A stretch of DNA of 64,000 bases from Octopus vulgaris (GCA_951406725.2 OX597823.1:48298001-48362000); one strand, 5' to 3'. Shown: positions 26,326 to 39,989, numbered from the stretch's first letter. Numbers and translations: made by a program. Notes: generated by a model not told the origin, from the sequence alone.

Positions 26326-26904
26326 ACCTCTTTCAAAATCCTTCTTCAGAACTTTCTCCTTCTGGTAATCACTTTACTGGCATATACTTTAACAACCAGA
26401 AACTACAATTCAAATTTAACATTAACCATTCTCATGTCATTCAGTTGCTTTTATTCTTCAGTCTAAGCAGACCTAAAAGAGCAATGGAAAAATTGTTCCT
26501 TTCTTCTTCTCCTCAACCTCATACCATTTCTTGAAAGAATAATACAGAAAATTTCTCTCTCAGAATATAAAACATTATGTTGATTGAAACAAAGAAATAA
26601 AAATTTAAACATTAAAATTTGAAGTATCATTGAAATCTTTAAAATTACACAACATTTATGAATAAATTTTAAAAGAAATTGGAGTAAAGAAAACGCTGAA
26701 GTGAATAAAATACATAGCATATTTTATGAAGAAATGTCTAGCACCAAAAAAAGATAACGCTAAGTAAAGCTACTTTTCTCTTCTAAACAGAAAAATTAAT
26801 TAACATTTTTTTTTTTAATGAAACATTATTTCTAAAATATGTAAATTTAATGAACAACAGGCATGGTTGGATAGTAAGGAAGTCCTTTGTATACATATGC
26901 ACAC

Positions 26905-26908
26905 ACGC

Positions 26909-26941
<33 letters not shown>

Positions 26942-27065
26942 TGTATGTATGTATGTATGTATGCATGCATGTATGCATGTATGTATGTATGTATATGTGT
27001 ATGTACCCATCTTTCAATCTGTCTATCTATTAATCTAACTATCTATCTGCCTGTCTGTCTGTCTA

Positions 27066-27096
<31 letters not shown>

Positions 27097-27315
27097 TCAT
27101 TTATCGGTCTATCTATCTATATATCTGTCTATCTATATATTTATCTATGTATCTACCTATCTATTTTATCTATTGGTCTGTTGTCTGTCTATCAATCTAT
27201 GTATCTATCAGTCTGTCTGTCTGTCTGTCTATTTTATCTATCAGTCTGCCTATTTATCTATCTTTCTTTCTGTCTCTCTCTCTCTCTGTGAGTCTGTCTT
27301 TATCTAGCTGTCTAT

Positions 27316-27381
<66 letters not shown>

Positions 27382-27430
27382 GTCTGTCTGTCTGTCTGTC
27401 TGTCAGTCTGTCTGTCTGTTTGTCTGTCTG
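26905..27430. repeat. (TATG)n followed by (TCTA)n/(TCTG)n field
   Basis: Direct reading. Confidence 0.95.
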
Positions 27431-27974
27431 CCCGTTTAGCTATCAATATATGTGCGTATGAGTGTTTGTGTGTGGCTGTTGGGTAAGGAGTTTGTTTCCC
27501 GGCCATATGGTTCTGAGTCCAGCCCACGGCACAGTACCTTAAGCATGTTTCTTCTACAATAGCCCCAGGCTGACTAAACCTTATCAGTGGATTTGGTAGA
27601 TGGAAACTGAGATAAACTCATTGTACAATAAGTGGGTAAGTCAATTACACCAAGTCGATTATATCAACCCCAGTGCATACTGGTACTTATTTTATCGACC
27701 CCACTAAGGGATGTAAGGCAAATTCAATCTCAACAGAATTTGAACTCAGAACACAAGTACACACGAAATGCCCTTAACCATTTTGCCCAACATGCTAATG
27801 ATTCTGCCAGTTCACCACCTATATCTGGCCCAAATATCAAAGAAAGATTGAGAACCACTACCCTATACAACCAGTCAAACTACTAGAAATAGTAGCTGAA
27901 TTTCTATCAAATCATGCCTTCTTAAAAAAAGTATGAATATTTTGGACAGTGTGGTTATATAGCTATATAAAAAG

Positions 27975-28203
27975 GTGGCGAGCTGGCAAAAACGTTAGTG
28001 TGCCTGGCGAAATGCTTAGCAGTATTTCGTCTGTCGTTACATTCTGAGTTCAAATTCCGCTGAGGTCAACTTTGCCTTTCATCCTTTCGGGGTCGATAAA
28101 TAAAGTACCAGTTTCACACTGGGGTCGATGTAATCAACTTAATCCCTTTGTCTATCCTTGTTTGTCCCCTCCATGGTTTAACCCCTTGTGGGCAGTAAAG
28201 AAA
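27975..28203 (+). mobile_element. SINE family A with 19-bp TSD
   Basis: TSD TATATAGCTATATAAAAAG at 27956-27974 and 28204-28222. Confidence 0.92.
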
Positions 28204-28364
28204 TATATAGCTATATAAAAAGAAGAGGATGGTCATTGCTGGAGTAGTTTTGATCAGTGGTCAGTTCAGCAGGACCTGTATGTTAAACAACAACAATAAC
28301 AACAATCTCTAAAAGTTTCTCTCTCTCTCTCTCATGGCCACTTGTGATAATATGGGATGTATTC

Positions 28365-28790
28365 TTTTATTCTTTTATTTGTTTCAGTCATTTGACTATG
28401 ACCATGCTGGAGCACCACCTTGAAGGGCTTTAGTTAAACAAAAATTTCTTTATTTCAAAAATTTCTTTACGACCCCAGAACTTATTTCTTAAGCCAAGTA
28501 CTTATTCTATTGATGTTTTTGCCAGACCACTAAGTTATATGGATGTAAACACACCAACACCAGATGTCAAGTGCTGATGGAGAGGGGACAAACAAACACA
28601 GACACACACACACACACACATATATATAATGGGCTTCTTTCAGTTTCTGTCTACCAAATCTACTCACAAGGCTTTGGTCAGCCTGAGGCTACGGCAGAAG
28701 ACACTTACCCAAGGTGCTATGCAGTGGGACTGAACCTAGAATCATGTGATTGGGAAACAAGCTTTTTACCACACAGCCATGCCTGTGCTT
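28365..28790 (-). mobile_element. SINE family B
   Basis: Reverse-complement match to 12467-12894. Confidence 0.85.
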
Positions 28791-29827
28791 ATGTAAAGCC
28801 ACACTAATGCATATCTAGCCATGCCTGCACCTATATGATGGTCACAACTGGAGCAGCTTTGATCAGTGGTCAGTTCAATCAGGTCCTGTATGTTAAACAA
28901 CAACAACAACAAAAATAGCAATTGCTCAAAGTATCTCACAGCCACTTATGATGTTATGGGATGTATGTATGGCTATTATTTTGCTAAATCTCAAATAGAA
29001 ATGTGATTTATTACTATTGTGTCTAGGTCTATGAGCTAGTCACAGTTTACTTAAATGGGTGGTGGTGGTGGTGGTGGTGGTGATGTGAGGGGTATTTTAT
29101 GCTTTGATCTGTCTGCTGTGAATAAAATAAAGAGATATCAAAAGAAACTAATGTTTTTTTTTTGTTTTTTTTTTTTGTTTTTTTTTAATGGTCTGGTTAG
29201 GGGAAAAGGCAGTGTTCCTTGGCCTTTGCAAGTTCTCTCAGACTGATGTGATCAATGTACTTTTTAAAGTAAATGCAAATCAAAAAATGCAGGAAAGAAC
29301 ATGGGCAATGAGAGATGCTTTTTTAAAATTATCTCCCCTTTCCTTTAAGTGTTACTAATAATTACCACTAAGTTTTTGATTCCTTCTTCAAACCGAAAGG
29401 TAAATTTTTCAATTAACTGAGAATTTTTTTTATGAATCTCTTTTCATCATCCTATAGCTTAGTTGTCTAAATTTAGATTATTAGTGTATTTAGTCTTCTT
29501 CTTCTAAAACTCAATTTATTTTTGATTTTGCAAATTACTCTCAGCCTAAAGTTTCTAAAATGTTTCCTACAGAGAAGAAAGCCTTTGCCAAGTGATTAAA
29601 GCTAGATTGAATTGACTATTTTATGTTAATGCGACCCCAGTATGACCTCATCAACATAGACTCAGCTGGTGACAATTGTTTGTGACACTGAAAGAGAACA
29701 TATAATTTCTTTTCTTTTTCCACCAAAATTAATTTTCAATAAATTAAATTTCTCTTTCTATCAATCAGTATCTAAATTCATGCCATTGATCCTCGCTGAA
29801 AGATCTAGTCAATACATACATATTTAG

Positions 29828-30052
29828 TGTGGTCGTTGCCAGAAATGCCTGACTGGCCCTCGTGCTGGTGGCACGTAAAAGCACCCACAACACTCTCAGA
29901 GTGGTTGGCATTAGGAAGGGCATCCAGCTGTAGAAATTTTACCAGATCAGATTGAGCCTGGTGCAGCCTCTGGCTCACCAGTCCTCAGTCAAACTGTTCA
30001 ACCCATGCCAGCATGGAAAGCGGACGTTAAACGATGATGATGACGATGATGA
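29828..30052 (+). mobile_element. RTE-LINE 3' end with (GAT)n tail
   Basis: CCCATGCCAGCATGGAAAGCGGACGTTAAACGATGATG terminus. Confidence 0.85.
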
Positions 30053-30219
30053 TACAATATAGTGCTATTGACAACAGGAATGCAGGCATAGGAGACCTTT
30101 TTAAATGTTTTTTGAATGTTTCTTTTAACAATTGTGCTGACTCCACTAGCCTAAATCAGTAACTCATTTATTTCTTTTGTCATAAATAAGAGTAACACCT
30201 TTTAGTTGCCATCTTAGCA

Positions 30220-30666
30220 TTATTTCAATTGTGCATGGATACATTGAAACTCTGACGTCTCGCAGCTGACTTGGCAGACATCCATAAAATTATCAACCAT
30301 CTTACTAACAATAACCCTGAGCACCTTTTCAAACTTCACCTGTCTAACACCCATGGACATATTTACAAAGTCAGAAAACAGCACAGCTCCCATGACTTTC
30401 GTAAACATTTTTTCACGCTAAGAGTTGCTGAAGTATGGAACAAACTGCCGGCATCAATTGTTAGTTGTCGGAGCACTACATCCTTCAAAACTTCCATGCT
30501 TCCTGAGATTCGCCAACACTACACCTGATTTTCTCCCCTCCATACACATGCAAGCATGTATCTGACTCATACACTGTTCACTTCCCAGTCATTTGTACAC
30601 TACTGCATATGCTTTATATGTACTTTTGACAAGTTGTGGTGCACCTGAGCACTGTATACAATAATT

Positions 30667-30703
<37 letters not shown>

Positions 30704-30716
30704 CATTATTATTATT
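30220..30716 (+). mobile_element. 5'-truncated CR1-type LINE, ORF2 C-terminus plus (ATT)n tail
   Basis: SNTHGHIYKV...HFFTLRVAEVWNKLPASIVSCRSTTSFK matches the CR1-clade TRGH / FF..RV...WN.LP / FK motifs. Confidence 0.85.
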
Positions 30717-30869
30717 ACAAAATACATCTTGCACAATGTGGAATTTCTTTTTTACAATCATGGTAGATATTGATAACAAGAGTACTAACACCAATACTAA
30801 TACAAATAGCACCATGACACGTGTAAGTTATTTAAGATGACGCAAACACTCTTCTCACTTCAATTGGTT

Positions 30870-32323
30870 TTTACATTCAAATCAGAAACTACTTCAGTGT
30901 TATGAAAAAGCCCAAGATGACCCTTCTATCAATTATGTGAAGTGGCTAAACATTGTTGGTACAAAGCTCACCCAACCTTAAACTATTTTACAGCAAAAAG
31001 GTTTTGGCAGCCAAAAAATAAAAAGTGGCTGTCACAGAGAGTAATTGCAATTCCAACTCTAGTGATGCTAAATTATCTTCCCAAAACAATGAAAAGTAGA
31101 TAAAATTTGCCATAAGAGAGATTGAAACTAATGTAAAGAAACTGCTGTGGCCATCACTAAACAATTACATGTAAACCTAGTACTGAAAAGCAAAGACAAT
31201 AAAACTTCCTACAAAGTGGCAGTAAATTCCTCAGGGAGTTACTCTCTTCTTGACAACCCCAAACAGCTGGACTTCCTTACTTCAAAGACCAGAATACTTA
31301 GAATACCAAAATAAAACTATGAGGATAGAATTCTCGAAGACTTAACCCTTTCATTATTGTATTTATTTTGAGATGTTTTTTTTCAATTACTTTAAATATA
31401 ATAAAGAATTTAGTAAAATAACTTAATTATCATTTAGCTAGTGTTAGGAGCATTAATTGTGACTAAGATTTGGTGGGATATTTTAATTCAAAAGTTATGA
31501 AAACAAGACATTTATACTACAGAGCCAGAGCCAGAGCCAGTTTCAGCCGGGTTGATAATGAGAGGGTTAAACATGAAGTGCAACCTTTCTTCAGCTTGTT
31601 GTACTACATCCCATCACACTTCAAAGGCTATGCATTTCCAACCCAAGAGCAGGAGATTGCTGCAAAATACCCTATAAGAAAAAAGAGAGACAGTGTATCC
31701 TTTGGAACTCCAAGTTTCAAGCCAAAGCTATTCCTTGTGACACATTTCTATGGATGACATCACACATGGGGGTCAGCAGTTCCCCCAAAATGTCATCATG
31801 GTTTTATCTTCCAATGCAACATGATGTTGTCACTAAAACAATATGCAATGCTCTCAGAAAAAAGAATAAGTATCTCCTGGAATAAATATAAAGAATCCCT
31901 CTGTTACTGAATACACACATTAACATCAACACAAGAATTATTGGTGGAACATTCCCATCAAAACCTCTAACAAGAGCAAATATAATATACTGGATATTGT
32001 TATTTGTGACAGACAAAGAAAAGTATAGACCATCAGAGAGGTCAGCCACCATGCTGATGAGAATACCTGTTCAAAAATGAAAGAGAAAGAGAATAACTAT
32101 GAATAACCACTTTGAAACATTTGGCTTTTATACCCTGGTTATAAATTCATATCTATATCAATAGTAATTGACATATTCAGTTTGTTAGTAAATACCTAAA
32201 TGACAACCTGGAAAAACTAAGGTTTACAAGAAAAGAAAGCAACCAGCTGACATGCACGTTACAAATACAATCTGTAAGTGGACAGTAAAAGCCAGCAAGA
32301 GTTTTCTCAAGTTCAACATGTAA
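30870..32323 (+). mobile_element. Decayed RLE-type non-LTR retrotransposon (R4/Dong/NeSL-like)
   Basis: DDITH..SS.PKMSSWFYLPMQHDVVTKTI (zinc knuckle and RHD-like motif), then YWWNIPIKT...YNILDIVICD...IREVS...KEKENNY (restriction-like endonuclease motif order). Confidence 0.8.
31346..31566. mobile_element. piggyBac-type MITE nested in the RLE element
   Basis: TTAA on both sides; TIRs CCCTTTCATTAT / ATAATGAGAGGG. Confidence 0.85.
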
Positions 32324-32595
32324 TTCTGATTTTGATCTCTGCATTGCAATGATGGAGATTTGGATCTTTGTTAGAAACCAGCTCCTTCCTTGCAGGAAAT
32401 CTTCAAATAACTAAAAATAGAAGAGAGCAAACAAATAAAAAGCAAAAATCATACATACATACTTTAGATATAAACATAAATGCAGATATTCATAAATACA
32501 AACATATATGCAAACATACTTACACACATACATGCATACATACATATGTACATACATACATATATACATGCATACATGCATGAATACATACATAC

Positions 32596-32626
<31 letters not shown>

Positions 32627-33088
32627 CATACATACATACATACATACATGCATACATACATACTTTAAAATAATGACTGTGTTTGAGTTTAATCTTTTTA
32701 TTAAGGATTTTTCATATTTCCTTATTAGTACTTTATATCGTATTCAGAATAACAATAGTGTTCCTGAATCCATTAGTCCATTAACATTTGAAGATCTTGG
32801 CTTCATCATCAGAATGAAATGATAAGGCAAAGAAGGACTTGAAATGTTAATGAACAAATGGATTTAAGAATGCTATTGTTCCAAACTCAACACAAAGGTC
32901 AAACAAAAAAATAAGAAAAATCTTTAATAAAGAAAAAGTTGTCTTTCATATAACTATAACACGTTTGAACTAAAGCTGCTCTATGTTTGTGAAAGCACTA
33001 AACGCAATGCATACAGCTGCATTATTATACCTTGAGAGATCAAATTTCAGAAAGTTTGGCTTTGTCTTGCATTCTTCTTAGGGTTGTT

Positions 33089-33460
33089 AAGGTGGTGAAC
33101 TGGCAGAAACACTAGCATGCCAGGCGAAATGCTTAGCGGTATTTTGTCTGCCGCTACGTTCTGAGTTCAAATTCTGCCGAGGTCGACTTTGCCTTTTGTC
33201 CTTTTGGGGTCGATTAAATAAGTACCAGTTATGCACTGGGGTCGATATAATCGACTTAATCCGTTTGTCTGTCCTTGTTTGTCCGCTCTGTGTTTAGCCC
33301 CTTGTGGGTAGTAAAGAAATAGGTATTTCGTCTGTCTTTACATTCTGAGTTCAAATTCAGCCTAAGTCGACTTCGCCTTTCATCCTTCCGAGGTCGATAA
33401 ATTAAGTACTAGTTGTGTACAGGAGTCGATCTAATCGACTGGCCTCCTCCCACCAAAATA
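33089..33460 (+). mobile_element. Dimeric SINE family A
   Basis: Two consecutive B-box/Deu-like cores with different tails. Confidence 0.85.
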
Positions 33461-33469
33461 CTGCTCTAA

Positions 33470-34056
33470 AAAATACTGCTCTCAACCCTACAGTGTCAAA
33501 TGAACAGCAGATCTTGAAGCAGTTCAGTGATATTACACCAGGAAAACTGCATTAATGGAACAAATGAGTTACTCAGAGAGACTGAAAGAGCTATGACTCT
33601 ACTTCCTGGGCAAAGACGAGAGAGGTATGCAGTGATATATGTATGGAAGATCTTGGAGGAGCTGGCACTAAACTTTGGTATTGAGAGCTATACTATCCCC
33701 CAAAATAGACATCACTGCACTGTTCCAAAGGTCCCAGCTATCCTGTCTAGAGTGAGGTCCATGTACTGCAATAGCTTGGGATCCAAGGGCCCACAGCTAT
33801 TTAATGCCTTGCTAAAACATCTGAGGGATTTTATGGAGTAGGGGATAGATATTTTTGAGGAACAACTTGACCTTCTGCTATACAAGGTCCCAGATGAACC
33901 AATATCAGGGTTGCAGGGCTCAAAAAAGGGCAGCATTATCAAACTCCTTACTTAACCAAAAACCAATCACATAAGATTGGCCATTGAAAGGGGGATTACA
34001 TTGGTGATGCTCCAGCATGGCCACAGCATTAGGGCTGGAACATGTTAAAGAATAAA
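33470..34056 (+). mobile_element. CR1/L2-group LINE 3' fragment (candidate partner of SINE family B)
   Basis: RRERYAVIYVWKILE...SLGSKGPQLFNALLKHLRD; 3' end GGTGATGCTCCAGCATGGCCACAGC. Confidence 0.8.
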
Positions 34057-34211
34057 AAACTATATGTATATTCTTTGATTCTTTTATACATGTATACACA
34101 CTCACATATATCACTTTCTCTATCTCTTTCCACTTCTGGAAACTTCAGCCATGTAACCACACACGTGCTGTTCATGGACTTTTTCCTTCTCTGGACTTTT
34201 CCTTTCTCCTC

Positions 34212-34244
34212 TATCTGACAAAGAGCTATGCTTGAAACGTAATA
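34212..34244 (+). ncRNA. Degenerate minimal hammerhead-like motif
   Basis: CTGACAA-A-GAGC-TAT-GCTT-GAAACGTA; both departures from CTGACGA / GCTCGAAA are CpG-type transitions. Confidence 0.5.
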
Positions 34245-34389
34245 ACCCATTCTTTTTTTCCACTTTTACTGAATGCCAAGCTAATGCATTCCATATGTAC
34301 ATACACTTGTTTTGTTATTGTTATTTTTAATGTTCGCTTGTTAATGTTCAACTTTTAATGTTTGATTTGACTATATATATATATTATTG

Positions 34390-35135
34390 TTTTACTTGTT
34401 TCAGCCATATGGTTACGGCCACACTGGACCACTGTCCTGAAGGATCTTAAATCAAATAAATCGATCCCAGGACATATTTTGTTAAGCCTAGCACTTATTC
34501 TATCAGTCTTTCTTGCTGAACCACTAAGTTACAGGGATATAAACACACCAACACTGGTTGTCAAGCGCCAATGGGGGGACAAACACAGACACAAGATATA
34601 TATATATATATATATATATATATCATCATCATCAACATCATCATTTAACGTTCGTTGTCCATGCTGGCATGGGTAGGGCAGTTTGACTGGGCTGGCATGC
34701 TGGAAGGCAGTGCCAGGCTCCAGTCTGATTTGACATAGTTTTCTATGGCTGGATGCCCTTCCTAATGCCAACCACTCCGAGAGAGTAATGGGTGTTTTTA
34801 CTAGCCTAGTATTTATTCTATTGGTCTCTTTTGCCAAATCACTAAGTTACAGGAATGTAAACACACCAACAATGGTTGTCAAGTGATGGGTGGGGGTCAA
34901 ACACAGACACAAAGATGCACACACATAAATACATGCATACATACATTGACATACATACATATATATATATATGATGGGCTTCTTTTCAGTTTCCATCTAC
35001 CAAATCCACACCCAAGGCTTTGGTCAGCCTGAGGCTATAGTAAAAAACACTTGCCCAAGGTGCCACACAGTGGTACTGAACCCGGAACCATGTGGTTGGA
35101 AAGCAAGCTTCTTACCACACAGCTACACCCACACC
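34390..35135 (-). mobile_element. Family-B SINE pieces with a nested RTE 3' end
   Basis: Reverse-complement matches to 12467-12894 and to the RTE tail. Confidence 0.8.
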
Positions 35136-36117
35136 TATGAATTATGTAATGCTAAAATGTCTATGTCATTAAGTATCTGTTTATTGTCTGATAGATTGGA
35201 ACATTGGGCTACAACTCAATATCAGCGATAGAATCTAAACTATTGATCCTTCAGTTTTTAAGTTTAACAACTACTGACTCATCCAGCTAAGATTTTCTCA
35301 TGCAAATGTTGAAAAACATGATATTGCACATGACAGGAATCTTTGATACTCAGATTCTGAGTAGATAATATTTTTCCATGTGAATGTTTAAACCTTAAAC
35401 AGCTGGAAAGGGTTACATGAAATGTAGATGCCAAACAGGCAATAACAAAAAAAAACAACAAAAAATCTCTTTTTCTTAAGGGTAATTTTTATACTTATTT
35501 TCACTTTAAATAAATACAAAAACTATAATAATTGTTAGTCTCCCATACAATAAAATTTACAATCTCATTAAAAAGTGCCATAAAATATTTACTTTCCTTT
35601 GATGATGGCCATATCCATGTAAAATTTCTGAAACATCAATTGTTGATGTCTCCTATTCTCTAATGAATCATCAAATGATGATGTCTGCCATACAAGGGTT
35701 AAATAAACACTAGAGACACAATGCACAAAAAAAGCAAGATACAACTATATCATTTTGCATTTTAAAGTAGCTGTGGTCTTTTATCTAAAACTGCGTTGCT
35801 ACTATCTATGCTCATATCATCCACTTTTACTAACCTCTGTTCTTTGAAAGCAACTTCAATTGTAATTCACAAAAAAAAAAAAAAAAAAAAAAAAAACAGA
35901 ATCTGATCTTACCACTTATAACCGAATAGATTTTACTTCAATCAAATTTGTCTGAAAATGTGTCTAAAAATACAAACCTTCACGTTGATACCTATATGAA
36001 ATTGGAGCTGAAAATTATTCATCATGCATGTGTAATTAAAAATGTTAGTCATATACATATATATGTCATTTTATTTCATGCTATTTATCATTGTCCTGTC
36101 TTTTAGTATCTGGAATC

Positions 36118-36321
36118 CTTTACTGGTTTCAGTCATTAAACTGCAGCCGTGCTGGGGCATCCCGTTGAGGAATATTAATTGAATGAATTGACCCCCAGTA
36201 TTTTTTTAAACTCAGTACTTTTATTATCAGTCTCTTTTGCTGAACTACTAAGTTACAGTGATGTAAACACACCAACACTGATTGCCAAATGGAAGGGGAC
36301 AAGCACAGATATGAAGACATG

Positions 36322-36358
<37 letters not shown>

Positions 36359-36548
36359 TCACACACAAACACACACACATGTAAAACAGGCCTCTTTCAG
36401 TTTCCATCTACCAAATCCACTCACAAAGCTTTTGTTGGCCTGAAGCTATAGTTGCAGCTACTTGCCCAAGGTGCCACACAGTGGCACAAAACCCAGAACC
36501 ATGTGGTTTGGAAGCAAATTTTTTACCATACAACCACTACTGCACCTG
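36118..36548 (-). mobile_element. SINE family B
   Basis: Reverse-complement match to 12467-12894. Confidence 0.85.
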
Positions 36549-38844
36549 GTATGTGAATTTTATAAGTTATACATACCCATCTTTGTGTTTGCATTTTTAA
36601 TACTGAACCCTTATGTCCCTAATAAGGTTACATTTGAGGTTCTAATTATATGCAAGGCAAATTTTCCTTCCCTAGTAAAACACAGGTACTTGTTTAAGAA
36701 TCTAGCAATTAATAGAAACAAGCAAAGTAGCTAGTTAGAAAAATCTCTATAAGAGATAACAGTAGTAACTATAATGAGAAGTAATGTTTGTCACCACTTC
36801 AACAAGGCTGTTCTGTATGAACCAAAGTTACTACCATCTTTAACCCCAAGAGGAAGCTTACTCTAGCTGGTTATCGATGTGATCTGCACCTGGTATCTAT
36901 TGCATGCAGGGGAGTGAACCACTACCATCTTCTAGTGACTTGACAGGACAGAAACTTTTCTTGAATATCACTTTTAAAGACAAAACAGTAATCAAGTTAT
37001 GATGGTATTTTGTATATTGGTAACAATTACGACTGTCATAAAATACTGTTTAAACTGCTCAGAATATTAACATTCTGGTCATCTCTGTCTCTAGTGAATA
37101 TATTTTTAATAGGCTCCACTGAACCCTTGCATAAATTTATTGATTTTTTACCTCTAATACACTTCAATGTTAAACAGATGAGTGGAAGGATTGTTTTGGC
37201 CCACTGGTAGAATGGCTGTCATGTGTACTGCACATGTGGTTTCATGTCTCACGAACATCCTCTATTTTTTTTTTGTTTTTTTTTTAAGGCAGCAAACTGG
37301 CAGAATCGTTAGCACGCTGGGCAAAATGCTTAGTGGCATTTCATCCATCTTTACATTCTGAGTTCAAATTCTACCAAGGTCAAATTTGCCTTTCATTCTT
37401 TCAAGGCTGACAGACTAAAATAGCTGACCTCTGGGGTCAATGTAATCAGCTATGCTATTTCTTCAAAATTGTTGGCTTTGAGCATAATTTGGAACCTTTA
37501 TTAATCTGCTGTTTGGAATATAAATTAACACAAAATTTCGAAGGAAGATTTATTTGTTTAGATCAGTTTAAAACAGGTAATTCAGTGTTCAAATTCCACC
37601 AAGGTCAACTTTGCCTTTCATCTTTCCAGGGTTGATAAAATAGATACCAGTTGAGTACTGGAGTCAATGTAATTGACTTACCCACTCCCCACAAAATTGC
37701 TGGCCTTGTGCCAAGATTTTAAATCAATATTAAATAGATGAGTGAAGCTGATATTATTCTCAAGCCTTGCTCCCATTTTGAAGAGTGAGAACTTGAGAAA
37801 AAACCAAATATAGTATTTTTCAATTTGATGTGTTTAAGTTACAAAGAGAAGCTTTTTTTTTTAGAATGTGTTTAACATTAAATAAAGAAGCAATTCTATA
37901 TATGTAAACTTATCATAGAATCTGCAGCTGACTAAAAGCCAGATAGATTTATTCAAAACTCAAATAATAGTCTCCACTGGAATTCCTTAGGTTTATAACT
38001 TAATGAATAATTTTGTGAGTTGTTGAGAAATAAGAGCAGCATAATGTTTTGTTTTTATATAATAGTGAACTTTTAAATTAGTCTAATATGTTCAACTAGA
38101 AAGAAATGAGAAAAGGTTAGTGAGTAACATTTAAAAAATCTATAAGACTTTAATAATGAATTCTAACAAAAATGTGAGTAAAATAGAGATATTTTGATTA
38201 CATCCTCATTGTGATATTAATATTTCTTTTAATTTTTTTTCTTCTACCTTGAAATTCAGTTTAAATCATTAAAAATATCGATTTCTTCCTTAATCTATTA
38301 CGCAAGCAATGGAATCTTATTAAAGACACTGAAAGAATAAAGATCATTTTTTCTCTTAAATATGAGAATTTGCAGGGAAAATTAGAATATTGTAATACAA
38401 TAAAGACAAGTGGAGAAAACAAGAATTCAGAAATTTTAGTAAAATTTCTGAATTCATTTCCTGTCCAATATTATTTCTTTTTGCAAAGCATCAGTTAAAT
38501 CCTCCCTAACATGGGGAGGGGAAGGAGATTATCTGCTAGGATGGTTGCAGTGGCTTAAATTTCTATGTGTACTGATTTGAGGCAATATAAATTTGAGAAA
38601 GTTTAATCTTGAAGAATGAACTCAATGAGAATAAAATGAGAAAAATAAAAAAAAAGTCAAAGTGACTCAGTTGTTGATGCTATCAGCTTTCAAGCCTTCA
38701 AATTTGACATTTTTGTCTCTGATAACACTAACATTGCTCTTTCTTTAAAATTTTAATTTTGTTGTTGCTTAATCCCAGGTCAACCCTAAATGTAACAGAC
38801 ATATGATTAAAGACATTCCATCCCTGACCAGCCTGTCTTGTTTA

Positions 38845-39345
38845 CAGGTATTTTGTTCTGCTTTGCCAAGTCGACTGCATGCACACCTTGGCCATGTTTT
38901 TCGATAATTCACTGGACATCATCTGCTTCTTCTTCTCAACACTGTCCTTCACAATCACTTTCTTCAGACCAATGGTTGGGGAAATGAAGTTTATCAAAAG
39001 AACTGCAAGCACAATTGTGAGTACAACGTTGATGATTTTGTAGCCCGCAATAATTAAGTAAGCATTTTACCACCCATCTACCTAACAATCCACTAGCAAT
39101 CTTCATACTTGCTAATGCACATGTCTGCCTAGATATCGATCTACTAATGATCTTTACACTTGCGAACATGCATGTCTGTCTAGCTATCAAGTGAGACACA
39201 GGATGTTGGGCAGATGTCATGGTGTTCACCGTGGCATTCGCTATGCCAACTAGTGGTGAAGTATCTGAGGCTGGCTCATAACCCAAATTTTAGCTTGCAA
39301 CTCAAAGCAAAAAAATCGGCTAAGAGACAGCTCATATCTCAAAAA
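38845..39345 (-). mobile_element. Tigger/pogo-like transposon 5' fragment
   Basis: Minus-strand GLKKVIVKDSVEKKKQMMS.EL / KHGQGVHAVDLAKQ resembles the Tigger N-terminal HTH. Confidence 0.65.
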
Positions 39346-39805
39346 CGACGGGCTTCTTTCAGTTTCTGTCTACTAAATCTCCTCACAAGGCTTTGGTCAG
39401 CCCGAGATTATATCAGAAGACACTTGCTCAAGGTGCCACACTTTGGGACTGAACCTGGAACCATGTGGTTTGGAAGCAAGCTTCTTTATTTTATGAAATT
39501 GGTTATAGAAGCCTTACACAGATGGGACAAACAAGGACAGACAAATATAGAGGGTGAAGACTGAAAACGTTTTGTATGATGATACGAAAATGTCATAAGG
39601 TTAAAGATTATTTTTTTTGTTTTTAATTTCACATTTAAACGTTTGATGATCATTATTTAATTGCCATTTTACAATGAGCACAACAGAAGGAAAGGCATCC
39701 AACCGCCAGGTTCGAACTTTTACTTTTCCTTCTGGTCCCACTTAGCTGGTTCCAGTCACTTGCAGCATGTTCACTACTGGCTTCTATCTTTTCACAAGTA
39801 TACCC

Positions 39806-39886
39806 TGTGGCAGGTATTTTTTGTCCAGCCTGGTCTTACTATTACCTCAATAGTAAGATCAGGCTGGACAAAAAATACCTGTCACA
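39806..39886 (+). repeat. 38-bp-arm hairpin with 5-nt loop
   Basis: Arms 39806-39843 and 39849-39886; only two mismatches, both G.U on plus-strand RNA. Confidence 0.9.
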
Positions 39887-39989
39887 CGATATATTTGCAA
39901 AAACCACAAATCAGGGCAAGGTACAACGGTCAGGTGGTAGATGATAACAGATGCTATGAACATCTGCACCACCTCCACCCTCCCTAGCT

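Noticed and set aside
35913-36007. Minus-strand exon with TTTTCAG acceptor and GTAAG donor
   Set aside because: Stops in all three frames; no support as coding, and non-coding use cannot be tested here
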